Assembly: GCA_026014495.1 (NCBI GenBank)
Contig: JAOZIF010000152.1
Location: 1 to 18,580, forward strand
Length of the DNA: 18,580 nucleotides
Direction: 5' to 3'
Origin: Candidatus Bathyarchaeum sp.
GTDB lineage: Archaea; Thermoproteota; Bathyarchaeia; Bathyarchaeales; Bathyarchaeaceae
Part shown: positions 1 through 7,263 of the stretch, in pieces
Position numbering within the stretch: position 1 is the stretch's first letter
How the letters are laid out: every line of letters begins with the position of its first letter
Notes under the pieces: model-generated
What the model was told of the DNA's origin: nothing
Databases searched by the model: none
The model's input: the letters and a program-made list of their open reading frames with translations, nothing else
Program-made: the position numbers and the translations under genes

Positions 1-1
1 A

Positions 2-49
2 AAAGCTGTCGAAGAAGCAATAGAAACATGGGTTAGCAAAGAAAAATAG
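2..49 (+). CDS. 3' end of a small protein running in from the left edge, probably ribbon-helix-helix (CopG-like)
   Basis: Frame 2 reads KAVEEAIETWVSKEK then TAG (47-49); resembles the second helix of RHH proteins. Only 15 codons are visible. Confidence 0.5.
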   Translation, partial: KAVEEAIETWVSKEK

Positions 50-155
50 ATGCACTCTCAAAAGAGACAAAAAATAACGTCTGCCTGTTCTCGACGAGAT
101 GCGCGCGCACCACACTACAAGTTAATACTTGATAATTTATTCGGGGGTTTATTGA

Positions 156-290
156 TTGTATGTTAGAAATAATTATAGACTTAGTAAGTCAAATCAATTT
201 AGCGGAGTAGAATGCGAAAGCTGTATGTACAAAGCTACCAGTCACTGTTGGCGGCAATGTTCACTTAATCGCTGGAAAACGAATTACTAA
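156..290 (+). CDS. Cys-rich micro-protein (44 aa), putative metal-binding; not in ORF track
   Basis: Hand translation from TTG156: MYVRNNYRLSKSNQFSGVECESCMYKATSHCWRQCSLNRWKTNY, stop TAA 288-290. Has CxxC and HCxxxC motifs; GGGGG (143-147) lies 8 nt upstream as an SD-like site. Confidence 0.55.
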   Translation: MYVRNNYRLSKSNQFSGVECESCMYKATSHCWRQCSLNRWKTNY

Positions 291-379
291 AAACAAGTGG
301 GTCGCAAATTATTCGAGCCTATAATGCTATTTTGCTAGACCTAGAACGTAGATGCAGTGAAAAGTAGGGGGGTGAAAAG

Positions 380-562
380 GTGACTAAGAAATTAAAAACA
401 TTGGAAATAGAGAAATTACCTGAGACTAGGGACATAGAAACATGGGCAGAATTCAATGACCGATTAAACGAATTAGCAGATCAAGGATATACTGTATTGC
501 GTGCAACAGAAACATACATCCTATTGAGCAGGAAGAGCAACTCAATTAGAAGAGAAGAATAG
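380..562 (+). CDS. Small protein (60 aa), DUF4177-like
   Basis: GTG start after GGGGGGTGA SD-like site; EFNDRLNELADQGYTV resembles the DUF4177 pattern (LNELGxEGWEL). Confidence 0.65.
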   Translation: MTKKLKTLEIEKLPETRDIETWAEFNDRLNELADQGYTVLRATETYILLSRKSNSIRREE

Positions 563-782
563 CCTCATGAAGTGATTTTGAAGACGTAGGGCATTAGCTT
601 TTTTTGTTGATGACCGCCTAGAAGATTGCTCAGGCTGTTTTTCGGCGAAGAACGCTCCACCTACTGTTACACTAAAGGAGGACGCGCGCTAAAAAAAGTA
701 ATGCATTGATTGCAACTATAAACTTCATGAAATAGGTTCAGAAAATGAAAAAACTAAAACAATGGTGGTGTAGACTCTAAAG

Positions 783-1022
783 TTGTCTACAAAAACCTGG
801 AAGCCTCATCCGTTACACACGACAATAGTGGAACTCTTGGAGAGAAAAGGTCCCTTGACAGACATAGAGCTCTACGAGTTGCTCAAGGAAACCCATGGTG
901 AATCAGGATTTGGAGACCTAAACAAGACCTTAATGAGACTAGAAATACAAGGCAAATTGTACGTCTCTACGCGCACAAAAGGGAAGAGAAAGGTTGAATT
1001 AATAGAAGCAAAAAAACTTTAG
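783..1022 (+). CDS. Small winged helix-turn-helix protein (79 aa)
   Basis: Helix-helix-helix then beta-hairpin pattern (IVELLERKGPLTDIELYELL...LNKTLMRLEIQGKLYVST...KRKVELI); TTG start. Confidence 0.75.
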   Translation: MSTKTWKPHPLHTTIVELLERKGPLTDIELYELLKETHGESGFGDLNKTLMRLEIQGKLYVSTRTKGKRKVELIEAKKL

Positions 1023-1220
1023 CACACTAATTAACTCTCTTTTGGCTTTTTGTTCAAAGTTTTCTATCTCTAACTTTATGTGCACGAAAATTGTATGACG
1101 ATTAATTCTCAAATTACATTAATTGTAGCCGTTGTCTCTATTTTGTAGAGCTTATTTGAGACGCCTTAAGATATCGTGCTCTTTATATTGCGCAACGTTC
1201 TTTGATTACTTAGTGACTAC

Positions 1221-1469
1221 ATGAGTAAAGCAAAAAGAAAGAAGACTAAGTTTATCGACACTGACGAAGCTGAACAAAAGATTGAGCGCGAAACGGGGGA
1301 CATTTATGACGACACACAAAGAGGAGAAATGCTGAAAGCAGATGGTATTACCGCTGCCGAAAATTCTTTTATGCAAGGAAGAGAGATGACTCCAAAAAAG
1401 AGAAAATACCCATCACATAAAGACACGGTTTCAGTTGAACTCGCTTCTGAAGAATACACTGAAGACTAA
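1221..1469 (+). CDS. Hypothetical charged protein (82 aa)
   Basis: ATG ORF with basic N-terminus and acidic core (GDIYDD...DGITAAENSFMQG); TATA-like CTTTATATTG at 1181-1190. Confidence 0.7.
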   Translation: MSKAKRKKTKFIDTDEAEQKIERETGDIYDDTQRGEMLKADGITAAENSFMQGREMTPKKRKYPSHKDTVSVELASEEYTED

Positions 1470-1503
1470 ATTAGCGTTAGTTTTTATTGGTTCTTCTTGC
1501 ATC

Positions 1504-1668
1504 TTATGGCTGTGGATGCAAAAATTGAAATTTGCCGTTATCTGCTGGACAACCACAGGGTAACGTCTTGACTTCATTAAAATTAATAGAAGTCACGTTT
1601 TCTACTAAAGTTCCTTTTGAACCACATTTTTTGCAGTCATAGCTTACATTCGATTTTGCCTCACTCAC
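1504..1668 (-). CDS. Zinc-finger-like micro-protein (54 aa); not in ORF track
   Basis: Hand translation from GTG1668: MSEAKSNVSYDCKKCGSKGTLVENVTSINFNEVKTLPCGCPADNGKFQFLHPQP, stop TAA 1506-1504. Perfect archaeal SD GGAGGTGA at 1680-1673; CxxC...CxC motif; lies directly downstream of SemiSWEET. Confidence 0.75.
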   Translation of the reverse strand: MSEAKSNVSYDCKKCGSKGTLVENVTSINFNEVKTLPCGCPADNGKFQFLHPQP

Positions 1669-1695
1669 ATAATCACCTCCCACATGCTGCCTATT

Positions 1696-1950
1696 TCATT
1701 TGTATTTTATTTTATACAATAGGATAATAAGAGCTTGGATAAAACCAAAAAAATTGGCGATTATGATGGGCGAATTGTTCAATAAAATTCCATAAACGAG
1801 CCACAAAAATATGCTGCCCGAAAATATTGAGATCATTCCAAGAGAAATGTCTTTGGTAGATTTGGTTTTTAAAATCTTCAATAATTGGGGAAAAAGTGAG
1901 ATCCCACCCATTGCAGCCGCCACCAATCCAATTACGTTTATGTAATCCAT
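1696..1950 (-). CDS. SemiSWEET (MtN3/PQ-loop) transporter
   Basis: 84 aa with three TM helices, PQ motif (FPQLLKILKTKSTKDIS), WLVYG and PIIIAN signatures. Confidence 0.92.
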   Translation of the reverse strand: MDYINVIGLVAAAMGGISLFPQLLKILKTKSTKDISLGMISIFSGSIFLWLVYGILLNNSPIIIANFFGFIQALIILLYKIKYK

Positions 1951-2294
1951 TTCCTCTTCCGCTCTCTTACGGTGTTTGATCTATATATTGAATAGCTTGG
2001 AAAGCCCAATATACTTACTGCTAATACAGTTGCATATATTCAAGAATAGCGCGGACATAACGAATAAACTCAACACTAGAAATTAAATCAGGCTACATGT
2101 TTTTTAATAACTTTTCTTGAGAATCTACAAGCTTGTTTTTTCTTCAGTTTATTTTAACTTAAAAAAGAACGGGAAAATAAGTAATACCGCTAGTAATCTT
2201 CACCCAAAGGCCCAGCCTCTACAAAATCAGAACATAAATAACACTACTTCTAACATACTTGATACGTTCTTCTAAAAACACTGAATCTGCCCAC

Positions 2295-2729
2295 TTAAGC
2301 TCTATAAGTTGGTTCAACGCGTTTCTTTTTTTGCACTGGAGCTATCTTTGGCAAAGGTATAGGCGGCGGAATGTTTAGGCTTTTACAAACTAACACTGAC
2401 TCCAAAAAAACAGTGTTTGATATTGCTTGCATGACCTGTGGTGGAGGCGGCTTTTTATCTTTGTGTTCCTTTAAGATTTGTTGCAGTTCTTCTTTTGAGC
2501 CTGTAACCATGCTTGTTCCTTTCAAGCTGATTTGGGCTACTGCTGGACTGTAATTTATGGTGAAAACAAAGGGAACATCTAGTAGTTCTTCGCTTTTTTT
2601 GTTTATTCCAACTACATTAAGATTTGTTGATATCTGAACATGTGGGATTGATTTTCCGATTTCCCAGAAATTTTCGGCAGTGATGTTTTTTACGAAAACT
2701 CTTACATTAATCAATATTCTAGCCCCCAC
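2295..2729 (-). CDS. Conserved archaeal hypothetical protein, possible SecB-like fold
   Basis: 144 aa, beta-rich N-half (FVFTINYSPAVAQISLKG), then a helix and a PPPIPLP tail. The fold assignment is from recalled family resemblance and is unverified. Confidence 0.6.
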   Translation of the reverse strand: MGARILINVRVFVKNITAENFWEIGKSIPHVQISTNLNVVGINKKSEELLDVPFVFTINYSPAVAQISLKGTSMVTGSKEELQQILKEHKDKKPPPPQVMQAISNTVFLESVLVCKSLNIPPPIPLPKIAPVQKKKRVEPTYRA

Positions 2730-2763
2730 ACATTCATCTGCAACATTTAATGCACGGCTATGT

Positions 2764-2961
2764 TTATGACTGTTGCTTGTATCGCGTTAAACCGCAGTGA
2801 CCGCACGTGTAACGGTTACCATGGTCAGCCATGAAGTATCCAGTTCCACATCGTTCACAACTGGGACGTAGCCGTTTAAGTTCTTGACCTTCAATTTTGT
2901 AGTATTCGTGGCTTCCTTTTTCCTTCTTTTTGGCTTTCTCTTTTGTTTCTTTTTTAGGCAT
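2764..2961 (-). CDS. rps27ae: 30S ribosomal protein S27ae
   Basis: YYKIEG..LKRLR..CERCG.GYFMADHGNRYTCGHCG Zn-ribbon signature. Confidence 0.97.
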   Translation of the reverse strand: MPKKETKEKAKKKEKGSHEYYKIEGQELKRLRPSCERCGTGYFMADHGNRYTCGHCGLTRYKQQS

Positions 2962-2967
2962 TTGTTC

Positions 2968-3306
2968 TTACTCCTCCTTCTCTTCTTCTGCTTCTTCTTG
3001 TGCTTGTGGCTCCTCAGCCTTTTCTGGAATCACATTTCTAGCGATTACATGTTTAGGTTCCATGAGTTTAGCCTGATCAATAGAGTCATAAACGTTAGCT
3101 TCGCCAACACTAATCATTGTACCTGTTTTTGTTTTCATATTTTTAACAAAAACTAATTCAGGCTTTGTTTTCAACAAGGACGCAAGTCCTCTACTAACCT
3201 CAACACGTGATGGAGTGCCCCCATCTTGGGCATGATCAACATTAAATGTTATTTCCTTTCTTTTCATCAGAGTATTTTGCTCTTTTGAGATGATATTAAC
3301 CTTCAT
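2968..3306 (-). CDS. rps24e: 30S ribosomal protein S24e
   Basis: N.LMKRKEI.F...H...GTPSR.EV...LA..L; G...GEANVYDS; acidic tail; adjacent to rps27ae. Confidence 0.96.
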   Translation of the reverse strand: MKVNIISKEQNTLMKRKEITFNVDHAQDGGTPSRVEVSRGLASLLKTKPELVFVKNMKTKTGTMISVGEANVYDSIDQAKLMEPKHVIARNVIPEKAEEPQAQEEAEEEKEE

Positions 3307-3353
3307 TGCTACACTTCCGCAGGTTGCTGATGAATTGACACATCCCCCTTACT

Positions 3354-3884
3354 TTAGCTTTTCGAAGATTGCTCCATCGAATCAACGATACGACGCATCT
3401 TTTCTTTAGTTTCTTGGGTAACCTTAACCACTACAATTCCCTTACGAGGCTGCCCATAAACCACAAATGCACCGTTAGGCGCAGACAACACAGTTACAAT
3501 AGTAAGCAAATCTTCTTCACCCTCAACCATGACCTTTACGCGCCCCTTATGCTCAATAGCCTGTTTAATTGCAGTCCATGCCTCATCAGTTATTGTCCCG
3601 GAAGGATTGTTTGCACACAATATTTGCTCAACATCAACCATTATGGGTTCAATTGGCTTACGCATCGTTTTGTTGTCAACTATTAACACATTCAAAACAA
3701 TGTTATGCTCAAGCATGTTCCGCGAAACTATATCGCCAACAGAAATAACTGAGGGGGGCTTTTCCTCTTCAATAAGCTCTTTTAGCCTCTCCATTGTCTC
3801 TTCAAAGGGACCTTCAAACAAAAGCCCCTGAGGCTTCTTTAATTCATTACGCAATTCATCATTTAAGAGACGTATTCTGGTTAC
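3354..3884 (-). CDS. GTP-dependent dephospho-CoA kinase (DUF359 family); start uncertain (TTG3854 or the open stretch up to 3884)
   Basis: ELKKP.G, SVGD.V, IVDNKT.R, NPSGTI, VEGEEDL, VVYGQP..G.V.V motifs; canonical position between spt4 and rps24e. Confidence 0.93.
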   Translation of the reverse strand, partial: VTRIRLLNDELRNELKKPQGLLFEGPFEETMERLKELIEEEKPPSVISVGDIVSRNMLEHNIVLNVLIVDNKTMRKPIEPIMVDVEQILCANNPSGTITDEAWTAIKQAIEHKGRVKVMVEGEEDLLTIVTVLSAPNGAFVVYGQPRKGIVVVKVTQETKEKMRRIVDSMEQSSKS

Positions 3885-4070
3885 CTACCTTACCCGAAGC
3901 GCGTAGTGACCTTTCATTTTCACCTTCATGGCGCGAGCTATAGCCGAGCCTTCAGGGTCAATGATTACAACTACACCAGAGAAGTCGTCACTTAGATCGG
4001 ACTCATTACAATTAGGACAAATCGAACCATCAGATATGAAATGGCACATTCTACATGCTTTATCTGTCAT
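3885..4070 (-). CDS. spt4: Transcription elongation factor Spt4 (RpoE'')
   Basis: KACRMCH...CPNC...LSDDFSGVVVIIDPE.S.IA..M....G.YALRVR. Confidence 0.97.
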   Translation of the reverse strand: MTDKACRMCHFISDGSICPNCNESDLSDDFSGVVVIIDPEGSAIARAMKVKMKGHYALRVR

Positions 4071-4075
4071 TTCAC

Positions 4076-4678
4076 TTACTCTCCTGCTGGCTTTGCCTCA
4101 GCAGCATCAACTGGAGATTCACCATCTGCCGCCATCTTTTCTATGTCCTTTTGTATCCACTCAATCTTACCAAGGAAAGGCTGCCTAGCAGTTACACCTA
4201 TCTTGCCCGAACCACCGCTACGACCCAAAGACACAGCTGTAATGCGAACTCGCACATGATCTCCGCTCTGTAGTTTCCTTTTTGTTTCTTTACCCATGAG
4301 AACTCCTTGGCGTTCATCATATGAAATGTAATCATCCATTAGTTGAGATACGTGTAAAAGTGCGTCAACAGGGCCTATACGGATGAAGGCTCCAAACTCG
4401 GCTATTTCTACTACTTCTCCCTCGATTACTTCTTGAATCTTTGGGAAGAACGTGAGTAATGAGAACTGCACTTTATGGAATGTAGCACCGTCTCCGGGAA
4501 TAATTTTTCCGAAGGGGTTTACTCTGATCTCCGTAACGGCTACGACGTAGCCTAGCTCTTCGTCTACCATTCCATCATACTTCATTTTCAGCTGCTCATA
4601 GCCTACGTTGTCGATGTCTTCTCCAAACCTTTCTGGAGGTATCCGAATTGCATCCTCTAAAGTTACAAGTTTAAACAC
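4076..4678 (-). CDS. rpoE1: DNA-directed RNA polymerase subunit Rpo7 (RpoE')
   Basis: IRIPPERFG, GKIIPGDGA, EGEVVEIAEFGAFIRIGPVDALLHVSQ (S1 domain), KIGVTARQPFLGK; SD AGGTGA at 4690-4685. Confidence 0.97.
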   Translation of the reverse strand: MFKLVTLEDAIRIPPERFGEDIDNVGYEQLKMKYDGMVDEELGYVVAVTEIRVNPFGKIIPGDGATFHKVQFSLLTFFPKIQEVIEGEVVEIAEFGAFIRIGPVDALLHVSQLMDDYISYDERQGVLMGKETKRKLQSGDHVRVRITAVSLGRSGGSGKIGVTARQPFLGKIEWIQKDIEKMAADGESPVDAAEAKPAGE

Positions 4679-4772
4679 TCAATCTCACCTAATCTTAAAC
4701 TGACGATATTTACATGAAAGTAACACGCGTTGTCCTTTCGTTTCCAATTAAAACACAGACCCATTTATAAGC

Positions 4773-5201
4773 CTATACTGCGCCGTCCATCTCTAAACGA
4801 CGTTTCTGCCTCAAAAAAATAACTGGAACACCTTTTTCTCTTAATCTTTTCCGAAGTTCCTTGTCGTTTGTTGCAACTGGACAACTCCACTCTGATGCCA
4901 CCCTGACAATCACGTCATCATAACTCTCAGTTAATACCTTTTCAGCAGAAACAAAACTACACTTTTCAGCAAACCTAAGAGCCAACAATGCTTGCTTGTT
5001 AACCTTTGGGCTTGAATGTGCAAGTCCTTCAAGCTCCTTTTGGGTTGAAGAAAGAAGAACAGGCTCAAACCGCCGATTTAGAAGGTTCGCTAATTCTTCA
5101 AAAATATCCAAATTAAACTGTGATGGCACAAAAAAGAAGTTTGCGTCTAAAATAATCTTTAGTGTTGCTTCTTTTGAAGGTGCCAACTTATTGTTCTCCA
5201 A
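4773..5201 (-). CDS. PIN-domain ribonuclease (Fcf1/Utp24-like)
   Basis: IILDANFF, ELEGL, YDDVIV, VATNDKELRKRLR..GVPVIFLRQK; conserved position upstream of rpoE1. Confidence 0.93.
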   Translation of the reverse strand: MENNKLAPSKEATLKIILDANFFFVPSQFNLDIFEELANLLNRRFEPVLLSSTQKELEGLAHSSPKVNKQALLALRFAEKCSFVSAEKVLTESYDDVIVRVASEWSCPVATNDKELRKRLREKGVPVIFLRQKRRLEMDGAV

Positions 5202-5217
5202 AGTATTATCCTGCTTT

Positions 5218-6525
5218 TTATCCTGTTGTACTTATTGTACTATATCCGCTGACGGCTCCCGTGTCCGCCCATATGCCCACTCCGATGCTGTTAACGTTTC
5301 CGGGGTAAACTTTGTCAAGTTGTAAAACAATATACCAGTAGGGAATCAACTCTAAAGGCTCGTCTCTGATGTGTGGCCATAAATCCGCCGATACGGGCTC
5401 TTCTAGTATAACAAAATCTGTTATTTCTACGCCTTCTGCAGTCCATGAGTAATCTGGTGCATTGCTCATCGCTATTTGTATTGCCTCCTCTTCTGAGATG
5501 TTAACTTCAGTGCTGCCAATTTTAAAGAGGAACCACCCATCACTGAGGCTCTCCAAAACACCATTATCAAAACTTAGACTCACCCCTCTAGCTTGATAAT
5601 CAATGCCATCAACTGTTGTTATCCACTGGATTTCCGTGTCTTTTCCATCATTTGCTATTATGAGCTTCATGTCGCCCTCTATCTTTTCAATATCCTCTGT
5701 TTCGCTGATTGTACTCAACATGTCTTTCATTGTATCCACATAAGAAACTCCAGCATAGTTCTGGTATCTTTGGAGAACATCATCAGCAATTTCAAGAACA
5801 CTAGTTGATTGCTGCTGAGAATAAACTGGAGTGCCCTCAATTACATCTAGTATATATCTGGACAATGTTTGATTTCTAAACCTGAAATCTATTGACAACT
5901 CGCTGTCTTCAGACTTGAGCCTGTATGTAAAATACTCTTCAACAATGTTGTTTAAATCCGCGCGGTACTCTACCGTGTGACGTTCTAGTTCCGCTTGATA
6001 CTTTACCAAGTCAAGTTGAATTACATCTTTTAGAAAAGTCACTACACTTTCTGCACATACACCCAAAGATAACAGTAACTGATTATTTGTGGACAGTTGC
6101 TCAAACTCGTTTGTTAGTTGCTCATGTTCCACAGACAACTTGTTTAGCGCCACATACTGGGTGTACGATACAACAGATAACCCTATAATTCCAATCATTA
6201 AAACCGCAAGCAGTGTCTTCCATTGTATGGCTAAGGACGAGAAATGCTTTTGGTTGACGTCTGGCGTCTCTTCAACCCCTTTCATTGTTAGTACTGCTGC
6301 TTGACCGAACGTGGAAAGCCTGTATCTGCCATCATCCATTTTTGTTACGAGTTCTCCAAGGTTTTCGAGGTGATACGTTAGGTGTGAACTTGAAATTCCC
6401 AACTCTTCTAGTATGCGCGAAAAATTTTTTGGCTTTCCTGCGAGCATTCTCAAGATCTTGCGGCGGGCTGGATGTTTTAATGATGTGAACATGGTTGAAT
6501 AGGTTTCTTCCCCTGACTCTGTCAT
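5218..6525 (-). CDS. Membrane-anchored transcriptional regulator: N-terminal ArsR-type wHTH, one TM helix, coiled coil and large acidic extracytoplasmic domain with PepSY-like end
   Basis: FTSLKHPARRKILRML...GISSSHLTYHLENL.ELV.K...GRY.LS (HTH_20-like); hydrophobic segment about residues 104-122; ISEEEAIQIA and W.....IWADTG.V PepSY-like motifs. Confidence 0.85.
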   Translation of the reverse strand: MTESGEETYSTMFTSLKHPARRKILRMLAGKPKNFSRILEELGISSSHLTYHLENLGELVTKMDDGRYRLSTFGQAAVLTMKGVEETPDVNQKHFSSLAIQWKTLLAVLMIGIIGLSVVSYTQYVALNKLSVEHEQLTNEFEQLSTNNQLLLSLGVCAESVVTFLKDVIQLDLVKYQAELERHTVEYRADLNNIVEEYFTYRLKSEDSELSIDFRFRNQTLSRYILDVIEGTPVYSQQQSTSVLEIADDVLQRYQNYAGVSYVDTMKDMLSTISETEDIEKIEGDMKLIIANDGKDTEIQWITTVDGIDYQARGVSLSFDNGVLESLSDGWFLFKIGSTEVNISEEEAIQIAMSNAPDYSWTAEGVEITDFVILEEPVSADLWPHIRDEPLELIPYWYIVLQLDKVYPGNVNSIGVGIWADTGAVSGYSTISTTG

Positions 6526-6610
6526 TTTTTATCCCCCATCATCTTTAAGCTATGATGTACGTAAGCTTTTTGTTTTCTCTGTTGCTGATGATAAACATAT
6601 GGTTGTATTC

Positions 6611-6646
6611 AAAAAAAAGCTTATATGTTAAGTAACAATATATAAG
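6611..6646. promoter_or_regulatory. Overlapping divergent TATA/BRE elements for the nuclease (+) and the membrane regulator (-)
   Basis: Plus strand: A-run/AG BRE-like 6611-6619 then TTATATG 6621-6627, about 40 nt before ATG6663. Minus strand: CTTATATA from 6646. The two form an imperfect inverted repeat. Confidence 0.55.
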
Positions 6647-6662
6647 ATACTGAGGTTTTGTA

Positions 6663-7166
6663 ATGGTGGAAACTTTATTTAACGACGTTCTTCATACCGT
6701 TTCAACTTGGAATCCGAAGGCAGAATACTTAACAGAACGCAAATACAGAGACGACCTACTAGAATTCCTACAAGAACAACTAAACTCAGACAGCACCCCA
6801 TATAGCTCCGCAATTTGGGGACTTGACCCATTGTCGCACCATTTTGTGAAAAAAGAAGCAGGACGAAGTCTAGCAGACATCGCAATAGATAACGAAATTG
6901 GAATTGAGCTTAAGCGCAACCTAAAACATAAAAGCCAAATAAACAGACTGGTTGGTCAAGTTGTAGACTACCTAAACGCATACTCATGTGTAATAATCGT
7001 ATTATGTGGACGCACAGAACGTGAAGCTGTTAGTATCCTAAAATATAATCTCAAAACAATCCTGAAATCATTCTCTTCACATTCTGAAGAAGAAAAATTG
7101 GTAACAATCATACTCAAATCCAACTGCAACAAAACAAGAAAAACAATAACTCAAACAGTTATGTAA
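6663..7166 (+). CDS. Stand-alone PD-(D/E)XK restriction-endonuclease-fold protein
   Basis: E25 in the first helix, D72 (ADIAID), E82-x-K84 (IGIELK), GQxxxY (G98-Y103), then hydrophobic strand VIIVLCG. Confidence 0.78.
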   Translation: MVETLFNDVLHTVSTWNPKAEYLTERKYRDDLLEFLQEQLNSDSTPYSSAIWGLDPLSHHFVKKEAGRSLADIAIDNEIGIELKRNLKHKSQINRLVGQVVDYLNAYSCVIIVLCGRTEREAVSILKYNLKTILKSFSSHSEEEKLVTIILKSNCNKTRKTITQTVM

Positions 7167-7263
7167 CAACACTAAAGCAACTGCTGCCCAGCACTTCAAG
7201 ACAGCACCCCCCTGTGCAACTAGCCCATCCTTATTTGTTGCAGCCTTCAAAAAAGCAAACAGG

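Noticed and set aside
585-620. Fluoride-riboswitch-like fragments (GCTAATGCCCTAC on minus; GTTGATGACCGCCTA on plus)
   Set aside because: The 5' GGxGAUGG stem is missing on the matching strand and no fluoride exporter follows.
83-672. Loose similarity between intergenic 83-120 and 634-672 (CTGTT..TCG.CGA...CGC..CACC)
   Set aside because: It needs several gaps and mismatches over about 40 nt and could be chance.
1647-1670. ATG-TGA right after the strong SD GGAGGTGA, as a possible selenocysteine codon
   Set aside because: That frame stops again at TAA within a few codons; the overlapping GTG1668 frame gives the coherent Cys-motif ORF.
3885-3887. Genome-wide amber recoding (pyrrolysine) suggested by the in-frame spt4 TAG
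   Set aside because: TAG ends many genes here at the expected position (spt4 after LRVR, PIN, metallopeptidase, flippase, amrS), and no pyl genes are in the window.
6552-6654. C-box-like ATGATGT/CTGATGA and a CTGA in the regulator-nuclease spacer
   Set aside because: Spacing does not give 12-nt guides or a terminal stem; the region is better explained as promoters.
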